Of a DNA stretch of 64,000 nt, positions 17,927 through 25,651 are shown one piece after another (the first letter of the stretch is position 1; the number at the start of each line of letters is the position of its first letter). Origin of the DNA: Longimicrobiales bacterium (lineage in GTDB: Bacteria > Gemmatimonadota > Gemmatimonadetes > Longimicrobiales > Gaopeijiaceae); NCBI GenBank assembly GCA_963667485.2, contig CAXXDD010000001.1, forward strand, positions 913,773 to 977,772, read 5' to 3'. A model generated the notes under the pieces. The model did no database searches. It saw only the letters and a list, made by a program, of their open reading frames with translations, and was not told where the DNA came from. A program made the position numbers and the translations under genes.

Positions 17927-17994
17927 GCAGATCGTGCAGTCCTGTAAGACTTTAGACCATTTCCTGCCGGGATTCGCGCCTCAGGCGATCCGCC
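17927..17994 (+). repeat. Copy 1 of a ~68-nt repeat (inverted partner at 24444-24511)
   Basis: About 56/68 identical to the reverse complement of 24444-24511. The first 18 nt (gcagatcgtgcagtcctg) are identical. Confidence 0.85.
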
Positions 17995-19050
17995 TACCCC
18001 GTGTAATACACCGGGGCTGGCGAGGGGTGGCCCTGCCCCCCTTCGATCCCCCCGAGAATCGCGCTCCCTTGGAGGTCGCGAATGAGGGCGCCGCCCCCTT
18101 TCCCCCGTGTCGGTGCGGCGTGATGCCTGAGCGCCGCGCCGCCCGTCGTCACCGCCCGCATATCGGCGGCCGAGTCCGCCACAGGGTTGTCGCCGAGGCG
18201 AAGGCGTACCCCGATGGCGTCTCTACCTCCAACGTCCTCCCCCGTGGTGGCGTTCGAGCCGTCTTTGTCGGCGGACCCGTTTTGAGCGCCGAATGTGGGT
18301 GTTGGTGGCAAGTCCTGCGTGTCCGGCTCACTTTGAGGGTCGCCGGACACGAAATCGCCGTTCGGCCGGACACGGCCCCGGCCGTCCATGTCGCTGGTGC
18401 GCTTGCGTTTGCACCACGGCCAGCGGAGCGCCGACGCCAGTCCGCGCTCCTTGGACGTGGCTGGGAGTGACCCCCATCTCGGCAAGACCTCGATTGGCGC
18501 CGGGGAGGATGGAGCCGGACAGCCCCATCCGCCCCGCCGCTGCGGGGTCACTCCCAGCCAACAGTCCTTCCCGGAAGGGTGTCGAGCGCCGCTTCGAGCT
18601 GGAGGACCCGTTGCCCGACCACTTGGCCGCCGGGCTGTCCGACATCGCCGGCCAAGACCGGGAACGCGCCCGTTCCGGCTCGCCGTTTGGCCTTCCCGCA
18701 CGGGATTGCTGGCCCGTAGCGACCTCCCGCGGAGGATGGCATGGCGTGTCCATGCCAATCCTCCCCCATGGCACGCCAGGTGCCCAAAGTGGGGGGTCGC
18801 TACGGCCACGCCCGCAAGCTCCCGCGCGACACGGCCGCGTCTGCGGCCATGTCGCAACCGAAAGGCGGGCCGCGACATGCGGAATCATGAGCGTGTCCGC
18901 TGAAGGGACGCTTTCGTGTCCGCCCACCTCCAACGTCGGACGGACACCCACGCTACGGCCCCGGCGACAGGGTTCCGGGCCGGGGACCTCCTTCCGGGCG
19001 ACTGACACACGCACTGGCGGAGACGGCTTCTCTCGGCGAAGTTTCCTTCG

Positions 19051-19067
19051 CGCAGATCGTGCAGTCC
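19051..19067 (+). repeat. Third copy of the 17-nt core motif cgcagatcgtgcagtcc, ending 17 nt upstream of the integrase ATG
   Basis: Exact 17-nt match to 17926-17942. The flanks are not similar. Confidence 0.85.
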
Positions 19068-19084
19068 ATCACGCGAGGAATCGA

Positions 19085-20239
19085 ATGATGGCACGCACGA
19101 AACGAAAGCGCCGGAGCTACGGCGCCGGTGAATGGGGCCGGAACCGGGTCCGGGTGTTTCCGGATCCGAAGACCGGCATGTTCCAGATCGAGTGGCGCGA
19201 CAACGGGCGAAGGCTGACCCGGTCGCTGCAACACCGTGACTGGCGGCGCGCGAAGAGGCAGGCGGATCAGTTCGCCGCCGGGTTCATCGACGCGCCCGAC
19301 GGCAATGCGGAGCCCGAGCCGCTCACGCTGGACAAGCTGTTTGAAATCTACGGTGAAGAGGTGACGCCCACCAAGGCGGAGGCGTCCCAGCGGGCCGACC
19401 GGGCCGCGACGAGGATGTTCCTCGGGTTCTTCGGACGAGACCGCAAGCCTTCAACGCTCTCCCGGCGCGACTGGGACCGGTTCATCCGGGCGCGGCGCGC
19501 GGGCAAGGTCGGTGCGAGCGGCAAACCGGTGTCCGACGCGACGATCGAACACGATCTGAAGTTCCTGATCGCCGTGTTCAACTGGGCCGGCAAGTCGAAG
19601 GACGAGGAGGGCCGGCTGCTCCTCGGCTCGAACCCGCTGAAGGGTCTGAAGACGCCCACGGAGAAGAACCCGACCCGGGTCGTGTTGTCCGAGGAGGAAT
19701 ACCAGGCGCTTCTCGGGGTGTCCCGGGAGGTGGACTGGCGCTTCCACGTCGCGCTCGTGCTGGCGCACGAGACCGGGCACCGAATCGGGGCCATCCGCCA
19801 CCTCAGGTGGCCGGATATCGACCTTGAAGCCCGAGCCATCCAGTGGAGGGCCGAACACGAGAAGACCGGCTACGAACACCGGACTCCGATGACGGCCGAG
19901 GCGGTCGCCGTCCTTGAGCAGGCGCGAGAGCGGAGCGCCGGGATTGAGGTTGCTCCGGTGCTCCCCGCACCACGAGATCCGTCGCGGTGCGCGGGCCGGA
20001 CGCTGGTGCGCCTCTGGTGGAACCGAGCCCAGAAGCTCGCGGGGCTCGAACCCAAGCGCGGACGGGGCTGGCACTCGTTGAGGCGCAAGTTCGCCAGCGA
20101 CCTCATGGACCAGCCGCTCAAGGTCCTCTGCGACCTCGGAGGCTGGAAGACCGCCAAGACGGTGCTCCAGTGTTATCAGCGAGCCGACGAGGGACAGCTT
20201 CGGAAGGCACTGGAAGCCCGCCCGAGACCTCGCGGCTGA
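19085..20239 (+). CDS. Tyrosine recombinase / phage-type integrase (apparently intact)
   Basis: It starts at MMARTKRKRRSYG. It has a SAM-like N-terminal domain and a catalytic region LAHETGHRIGAIRHLRW ... GWHSLRRKFASDL ... GGWKTAKTVLQCYQ (R..HxxR..Y). Confidence 0.88.
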   Translation: MMARTKRKRRSYGAGEWGRNRVRVFPDPKTGMFQIEWRDNGRRLTRSLQHRDWRRAKRQADQFAAGFIDAPDGNAEPEPLTLDKLFEIYGEEVTPTKAEASQRADRAATRMFLGFFGRDRKPSTLSRRDWDRFIRARRAGKVGASGKPVSDATIEHDLKFLIAVFNWAGKSKDEEGRLLLGSNPLKGLKTPTEKNPTRVVLSEEEYQALLGVSREVDWRFHVALVLAHETGHRIGAIRHLRWPDIDLEARAIQWRAEHEKTGYEHRTPMTAEAVAVLEQARERSAGIEVAPVLPAPRDPSRCAGRTLVRLWWNRAQKLAGLEPKRGRGWHSLRRKFASDLMDQPLKVLCDLGGWKTAKTVLQCYQRADEGQLRKALEARPRPRG

Positions 20240-20310
20240 GGCTCGCAATTCAGCGGGAGTCAAATAGCGGGAACCCGGCCTTCCAATTCCATAACTCTAA
20301 CGCTCACAGG

Positions 20311-20347
20311 AAGATACCAACCTGATGCCGCATGACGTAACGTCAGG
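20311..20347 (+). repeat. att-like repeat, copy A (20-nt identical core ccgcatgacgtaacgtcagg containing the palindrome TGACGT-A-ACGTCA)
   Basis: 33/37 identical to 30563-30599, and the last 20 nt are identical. Similarity stops abruptly at the 3' end of the core. It lies about 70 nt after the integrase stop. Confidence 0.8.
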
Positions 20348-20363
20348 CCTTACCTTCTCAGCC

Positions 20364-21143
20364 ATGGAAACCCAACAACTCCACACGGTCGGCCAGGTCG
20401 CCACCCTGGCCCGCGTCACCGTGCGCACCCTGCACCACTACGACCGCATCGGCCTGCTCGAGCCCTCGGGTCGTTCCGAGCAGGGCTACCGCCTCTACGA
20501 CTACGGCGACCTCGAGCGCCTGCGCCAGATCCGGCTGCTGCGCGAACTGCGCTTCAGCCTGGACGCCATCGGCCAGATGCTCGACGCCCCGGCCTACGAC
20601 CGGCGGAGCGCGCTGGAGGCGCAGCGGGAATTGCTCAGGGAGCGCCAGGAGAGGACAGACAGTATCATTCGCGGGGTCGACCGGGCCCTGACGGCGATGG
20701 AAGAGGAGACGGAAATGGACAGGACGGAGATGTTCGAAGGACTGGAAGAGTTCGACCACGAGCAGTACCAGGACGAGGCCGAGCGACGCTGGGGCCACAG
20801 CGACGAGTACAAGGAGTCGATGCGCCGCACCCGCCGCTACGGCAAGGGCGACTGGGCCCGGATCAAGAAAGAGGGCGAGGGCGTGGTGGCCAGGCTGGCC
20901 GACCTGCTGGCCGAGGGCGCCCAGGCCGCCGGCCGCGCCGCCATGGATCTGGCCGAGGAACACCGCTGTCATATCGACCGCTGGTTCTACCCCTGCAGCC
21001 ACGGCATGCACCGCAACCTGGCCGAGATGTACACGGCCGATCCGCGCTTCGAAGAGTACTTCGAGAAGCGGGCGAAGGGCCTGGCAGCGTTCGTCCAGGA
21101 CGCGATCCGGGCGAACGCGGCGCGCCGGAGAAACCGCCAGTGA
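20364..21143 (+). CDS. MerR-family transcriptional regulator with a TipAS-like C-terminal domain
   Basis: HTVGQVATLARVTVRTLHHYDRIGLLEPS is a MerR HTH. The C-terminus reads RWGHSDEYKES...WFYPCSHGMHRNLAEMYTADPRFEEYF (TipAS/Mta type). Confidence 0.88.
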   Translation: METQQLHTVGQVATLARVTVRTLHHYDRIGLLEPSGRSEQGYRLYDYGDLERLRQIRLLRELRFSLDAIGQMLDAPAYDRRSALEAQRELLRERQERTDSIIRGVDRALTAMEEETEMDRTEMFEGLEEFDHEQYQDEAERRWGHSDEYKESMRRTRRYGKGDWARIKKEGEGVVARLADLLAEGAQAAGRAAMDLAEEHRCHIDRWFYPCSHGMHRNLAEMYTADPRFEEYFEKRAKGLAAFVQDAIRANAARRRNRQ

Positions 21144-21274
21144 CTCCCGACGCGGGCCCGCCGGCCGATCGGGACCAGGGCACCCGCTTCCGCAAAACGC
21201 TGACGCGGGTGCTCCTGGTCCAGGTCATCACCCTCGCCCTGCTTTGGTTCCTGCAGGCCACATACCACGGCTGA
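21140..21274 (+). CDS. Possible 44-aa single-pass membrane protein between merR and the symporter
   Basis: GTG overlaps the merR TGA (GTGA). The translation VTPDAGPPADRDQGTRFRKTLTRVLLVQVITLALLWFLQATYHG has one hydrophobic helix. It is too short for the ORF track. Confidence 0.35.
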   Translation: MTPDAGPPADRDQGTRFRKTLTRVLLVQVITLALLWFLQATYHG

Positions 21275-21290
21275 GGCCGGGCCCACCCCC

Positions 21291-23057
21291 ATGCACCCCA
21301 TCAACTGGCTGATCGTCGGCGCCTACGTCGCGTACGTCCTCGTCGACGGCATCCGCCGCTCCCGTGGCACCCACGAGATCGAAGGCTACTTCCTGGCCAG
21401 CCGCAGCCTCCCGTGGTGGGCCGTCGGCCTCTCGGTCATGGCCACCCAGCTCTCCGCCGTCACCATGATCGGCACCACCGGACAGGGCGCCACCGACGGC
21501 CTCCGCTTCGTGCAGTTCTACTTCGGCCTGCCGCTCGCAATGGTCATCCTCGGCGTCACCCTCGTGCCGTTCCTGCGCGGCGCCGGCGTCTACACCGCGT
21601 ACGAGTACCTGGAACGCCGCTTCGACTCTCGCACCCGCGCCCTCACCGCGTTCCTCTTTCTGCTCTCGCGCGGGATGTCCTGCGGCGTCATCATCGCCGC
21701 TCCCGCCGTGGTCTTCTCGGCCATCTTCGGCTGGCCGCTCCTCTGGTGCGTCGCCCTGATCGGCATCCCGACCGTCGCCTACACCATGCTCGGCGGCATC
21801 CAGGCGGTCACGTGGGCCGACGTGAAACAGATGGTCCTCATCGTCTTCGCGCTGCTGGCGGTGATCGTCGTCCTCATCGTCCAGATGCCCGTCTCCCCGG
21901 GCGAAGCCCTCCACATCGCCGGTGCCACAGGCCGCCTCAAGGTCTTCGACTTCTCATTCAACATCAACGAGACGTACACGTTCTGGTCCGGCCTCATCGG
22001 CGGCACTTTCCTGATGTTGTCCTACTTCGGCACCGACCAGTCCCAGGTGCAGCGCTACCTGGCCGCCAAATCCGTCAACGCCGCCCGCACCTCACTCCTG
22101 ATGAGCGCCTACTGGAAGATCCCGCTCCAGGCGCTCGTCCTCCTCGTCGGCGTGATGGTCTTCGTCTACTACCAGTTCCAGGCCCCGCCGCTGCTGTACA
22201 ACCCCGCCCACGAAAGTGCGGTGGTGGATGCCCGGGGCGCCGAGTACCAGGCGCTCCAGGATCGCTACGGAGAGGCGTTGGAGTTGAGGGAGGGCGCCGC
22301 TCGCCGCGCGGCGGGGCTGGCCTCCCTCGATGCCGGCCCCTCGGCCCAGGGAGGAGCGGCTGCAGCGCCGCAAGCGGCGCCGACGCCGGTGCCGGCCGCC
22401 GCCGCGGACGATCCCGCCGCCCAGGACGCCGCCCGCCAGGCAGCCATGGAAGACTTCCTCTCCCGGGAAGCGTCCGTCCAGCTTATCCGCACCGAGGCGC
22501 TGGCCATGGCGGAGGACGTCACCGGCGAACCCTCCCGCGACGTCAACTATATCATCCCCCGCTTCGTCCTCAGCGAGCTGCCGATCGGACTGGCCGGCCT
22601 GTTCATCGCGGCCATCGTCGCCGCGGCCATGTCCAGCATCTCATCCGAGCTGAACTCGCTGTCGACGACCAGCATCATCGACTTCTACCGGCGCTGGTTC
22701 CGCCCAGAGGCGACCGACGCGCACTACCTCACGGTGTCCAAGGTCGCGACCGCGTTCTGGGGCGTGTTCGCGTGCTTCGTGGCGGTCTACGCCGTCAGCC
22801 TCGGCTCGCTCATCGAGGTCGTGAACCGCTTCGGCTCGTTCTTCTACGGCTCGATCCTGGGCGTCTTCCTGCTGGCCATGGTGCCGCGGGCTCGGGGGCT
22901 CGGGGCGTTCCTGGGCCTGCTCGCGGGGATGGGCGCGGTCGCGGCGGTCACGTTCGGCGCGCCGTCCGTGTCGTTCCTGTGGCACAACGTGATCGGGGCG
23001 GCGGTGGTGCTGCTGGTGGGTGTGGTCCTGTCCCGGGCCGGGCCCAACTCGGCGTAG
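21291..23057 (+). CDS. Sodium:solute symporter (SSS) family transporter with a long Ala/Pro-rich internal loop
   Basis: It has the N-terminal SSS signature (GYFLASRSLPWWAVGLSVMATQLSAVTMIGTTG) and multiple TM segments. An insert of about 100 aa covers roughly nt 22230-22540. Confidence 0.88.
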   Translation: MHPINWLIVGAYVAYVLVDGIRRSRGTHEIEGYFLASRSLPWWAVGLSVMATQLSAVTMIGTTGQGATDGLRFVQFYFGLPLAMVILGVTLVPFLRGAGVYTAYEYLERRFDSRTRALTAFLFLLSRGMSCGVIIAAPAVVFSAIFGWPLLWCVALIGIPTVAYTMLGGIQAVTWADVKQMVLIVFALLAVIVVLIVQMPVSPGEALHIAGATGRLKVFDFSFNINETYTFWSGLIGGTFLMLSYFGTDQSQVQRYLAAKSVNAARTSLLMSAYWKIPLQALVLLVGVMVFVYYQFQAPPLLYNPAHESAVVDARGAEYQALQDRYGEALELREGAARRAAGLASLDAGPSAQGGAAAAPQAAPTPVPAAAADDPAAQDAARQAAMEDFLSREASVQLIRTEALAMAEDVTGEPSRDVNYIIPRFVLSELPIGLAGLFIAAIVAAAMSSISSELNSLSTTSIIDFYRRWFRPEATDAHYLTVSKVATAFWGVFACFVAVYAVSLGSLIEVVNRFGSFFYGSILGVFLLAMVPRARGLGAFLGLLAGMGAVAAVTFGAPSVSFLWHNVIGAAVVLLVGVVLSRAGPNSA

Positions 23058-23108
23058 GGTGACCGGTAGCAGCCGCGGCGACCAGCGGCGGCGATTCCCT
23101 CCTGGCTT

Positions 23109-23639
23109 CTACGGGCCGGCCTTCTCCGCGAAACTCAGCGGCTGGACCAGCTCCACGGGGGCCGGAAACTCCTCGGTGGGAAGCCAGCGGTACCAGAGGT
23201 CGCCCGCCACGCGGGTCAGCGTCGCGTCGCCGCACGGAGACCCGGTTGACCGCTCGACCCCCAGCACGTCCACTCGACCCATCGCGTTCACCTTCAGGCG
23301 CACGCTGCCGCGAGCCACGTCCCCCGAACCCCGGATGATCGCCCGACAGGTGCCGGGGAGAAACACGAGTCTGTCCACCTCAAGCACCCGTTCTGGCGGT
23401 TCGACCGAGAATCCGCCGGTGGCGTTCGTGATCGCCGGCGGCCCGAAGAAGAGATCGAGCGGAATGGGTTTGCGGTCGGTGATCTCGACCGACTCGATGT
23501 CGTACTCCCGTTGCTCGACCGTGACCCGGGTCTGGCGCAGGACGAAGAACAGAACGACGTGAAGCACGGCCGCCAGCGACCAGCACAGCACGTAGAGCCT
23601 GCGCTCCGCCCTTTTCCGTCGTGCGATCGGGTCGCTCAT
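23109..23639 (-). CDS. Membrane-anchored TonB C-terminal-domain protein
   Basis: MSDPIARRKRAERRLYVLCWSLAAVLHVVLFFVL is an N-terminal anchor. The C-terminus reads GSVRLKVNAMGRVDVLGVERSTGSPCGDATL...PVELVQPLSF (TonB_C pattern). Confidence 0.5.
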   Translation of the reverse strand: MSDPIARRKRAERRLYVLCWSLAAVLHVVLFFVLRQTRVTVEQREYDIESVEITDRKPIPLDLFFGPPAITNATGGFSVEPPERVLEVDRLVFLPGTCRAIIRGSGDVARGSVRLKVNAMGRVDVLGVERSTGSPCGDATLTRVAGDLWYRWLPTEEFPAPVELVQPLSFAEKAGP

Positions 23640-23743
23640 GTCCTTTGCTACCCCCTGCGGCGATCGAGGTGCCGGTGGTACGCGCCGGTCTTGCAGCATA
23701 GCTTCCGCAACATATCGCTTCTCCGCTTCCGGGACACCAGCCC

Positions 23744-24385
23744 ATGACCTGCTGCCAGTGCCAGGGCATCGAGCAGATGTTCGATGACAAGATGGCGCGC
23801 CGCCAACTGCGCCACTACCGCCGCAAGGGTCCGGCCACGGCAACGCGGCGGCTCCTGGAGGCGATCTTCGCGGGCGGCATCGGTGGTCGCACCTTCATCG
23901 ACGTCGGGGGCGGCGTCGGAGCCATTCAGCACTACCTGATGGACCGGGGCGCGGCAGGCGGCACCAGCGCGGACGCCTCGCCGGCCTACCTCGCGGCGGC
24001 GCGCACCGAAGCCGAGGCGCGGGGCTACGCTGGCCGGATGCGCTATGTCGATGGCGACTTCGTGGAGCGGGCGTACGAGCTCGATGTGGCCGACATCGTC
24101 ACCCTCGACCGCGTGGTGTGCTGCTATCCCGACATGCCCGCGATGCTGGGCGCTGCGGCCTCTCTCGCCACCCGCACCGTGGGCCTGATCATTCCGCGCG
24201 GGACACGGCTGATGCGGTTCGGGGTCGGCGTCGCGAACCTGATCCAGCGACTGCGTAGGCATCCATTCCGCATATACGTGCACGACCCGGACGAGGTCGA
24301 GGCCGTGCTGGCAGAGCATGGATTGTCACGCCGCTACCTGCGCGACGGGCTGGTGTGGCGCGTGATGGTGTTCGGGCGGAGCTGA
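23744..24385 (+). CDS. Class I SAM-dependent methyltransferase
   Basis: It has an N-terminal CCQC motif, the AdoMet motif FIDVGGGVGAI and a post-I acidic region. The overall layout resembles Mg-protoporphyrin O-methyltransferase-like proteins. Confidence 0.75.
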   Translation: MTCCQCQGIEQMFDDKMARRQLRHYRRKGPATATRRLLEAIFAGGIGGRTFIDVGGGVGAIQHYLMDRGAAGGTSADASPAYLAAARTEAEARGYAGRMRYVDGDFVERAYELDVADIVTLDRVVCCYPDMPAMLGAAASLATRTVGLIIPRGTRLMRFGVGVANLIQRLRRHPFRIYVHDPDEVEAVLAEHGLSRRYLRDGLVWRVMVFGRS

Positions 24386-24443
24386 CGCATCGCGGCCCGA
24401 CCTGGCCGCATCGCAAACGGCGGGGGTCACGCCCTGACGTAAC

Positions 24444-24511
24444 GGCGGATCGCGGGCAACGCAAATCACGGCGGGAAATCGTCTAAAGTCAACCAGGACT
24501 GCACGATCTGC
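24444..24511 (-). repeat. Copy 2 (inverted) of the ~68-nt repeat; it abuts an att-core half site tgacgtaacg (24435-24444)
   Basis: The reverse complement aligns to 17927-17994 (about 56/68). Confidence 0.85.
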
Positions 24512-24961
24512 CCTTCTCACTTTTGCCTGACAGCTGACTGCACCGTGTCACGATGGCCGGAAACACGGGATCAATTGGCGGGTATCCTGGTGGGACTTGG
24601 CCTCATCCCACCTGTCCCGCCCCCTGACCGGCATCGGGCGGTGAGTGAGTAAGTCCCTTTTCCGAAATACGCTTGTACGGTCGGATGCGGCCCGCGCCCG
24701 CACCCTTCGAAGGCGCATCCTCAGTCCGGCGATGTCGTTCGCAGCGCCACCGACACTGCCGCCCTCGTCGGCCCGCTCGCTTGTGTCGTAGAGACGCGGC
24801 AAGAAAGGGGCGGCCACTTCATGTGCTCCGGGAGTCGGATACTCCTTTTGTTCCCGACATGCCCTTTGTGGGTTTGCGGTTTAGTCGCATTATATGCACG
24901 TTATCGTCGTCCTACCGCTCGGTACTCCATCCTTCTCTTCCCACGTTTGGCCTTGGCAGTA

Positions 24962-25369
24962 GTGAACCTAACCCACCGTATTCCAGATGGCCCGGAGCCG
25001 GCCGTCGCAGCCGCGGCGCTATTGCTGACGGTGCTCGGCGCTTGCGACGGCGGCCAGGTGGCGGAGCCGGAGGCGTCTCTGGAGATCGTGCCGGACTCGG
25101 TAACACTGACCCTGGTCCGAGTAAGTCAGGTCGCGGCCGCGCTGGAGCGGTTCGGGGAAGGACAGCGGGCGGCCCCCGGACTATCGCTGCTGGAGCCGGT
25201 GGGGGTGCGAGTGCTGGACGCTGGAGGCTCGCCGGTATCGGGGACGGCGGTGAGGTTCGAGCCCCGAAAGGTGGATAGTGACAGCGCTGGGGTAGCGGCG
25301 GTCGAGTGGACGCGGTCTTCTCAGTTCGGCCGCATCCCAGTTTCTGTGATTCCGAGCAGAAACGAATGA
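24962..25369 (+). CDS. Lipoprotein with an Ig-like (Big_1-like) domain, possibly the 5' part of a degraded larger gene
   Basis: It has a GTG start and the lipobox LLLTVLGAC. VRVLDAGGSPVSGTAVRFEP resembles invasin-type Ig repeats. The frame is closed by two stops before the PKD ORF, which is in the same frame. Confidence 0.4.
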   Translation: MNLTHRIPDGPEPAVAAAALLLTVLGACDGGQVAEPEASLEIVPDSVTLTLVRVSQVAAALERFGEGQRAAPGLSLLEPVGVRVLDAGGSPVSGTAVRFEPRKVDSDSAGVAAVEWTRSSQFGRIPVSVIPSRNE

Positions 25370-25414
25370 GCCTTGTCAACCACCTGATTCCAACCCGTCG
25401 GGTCGGCCCGCCGG

Positions 25415-25651
25415 TTGATCCCACGCACGCGCCGGTCCGGTCCGGCATGCACGTTCACCAGCACATCGACCGACGACACGGGGATCGAGTCGTACCTGTG
25501 GTCGACGGGCGACGGCGCACCGGCGGGCACCAAATCCGCGCATCAGCACACCTACGGAAGCGCTGGAACGTACACGGTAACGCTGGTGGTTCGGGACCGG
25601 CACGGCGGATTCGGCGCGGCGCTGTACCAGATCCAGGTCGGGGACCGTTGA
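25415..25651 (+). pseudogene. Isolated PKD-domain ORF (fragment)
   Basis: CTFTSTSTDDTGIESYLWSTGDGAPAGTKSAHQHTYGSAGTYTVTLVVRDRHGG is a canonical PKD signature. There is no signal peptide or credible start. It is in the same frame as 24962-25369, separated by stops at 25367 and 25388. Confidence 0.5.

Noticed and set aside
18293-19084. A 264-aa N-terminal extension of the integrase ORF. Likewise 25306-25647 extends the giant lipoprotein ORF.
   Set aside because: The extensions are Arg/Pro-rich with no similarity to the respective families. The integrase starts at MMARTKRK (19085). The lipoprotein starts at a TTG (25648) that yields a canonical signal peptide and lipobox.
24548-24817. An 89-aa minus-strand ORF in the 450-nt gap between the methyltransferase gene and the Ig-like lipoprotein ORF.
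   Set aside because: It has no recognisable motif, mixed third-position composition, no obvious ribosome-binding site, and an Arg-rich low-complexity translation. I left it unannotated.
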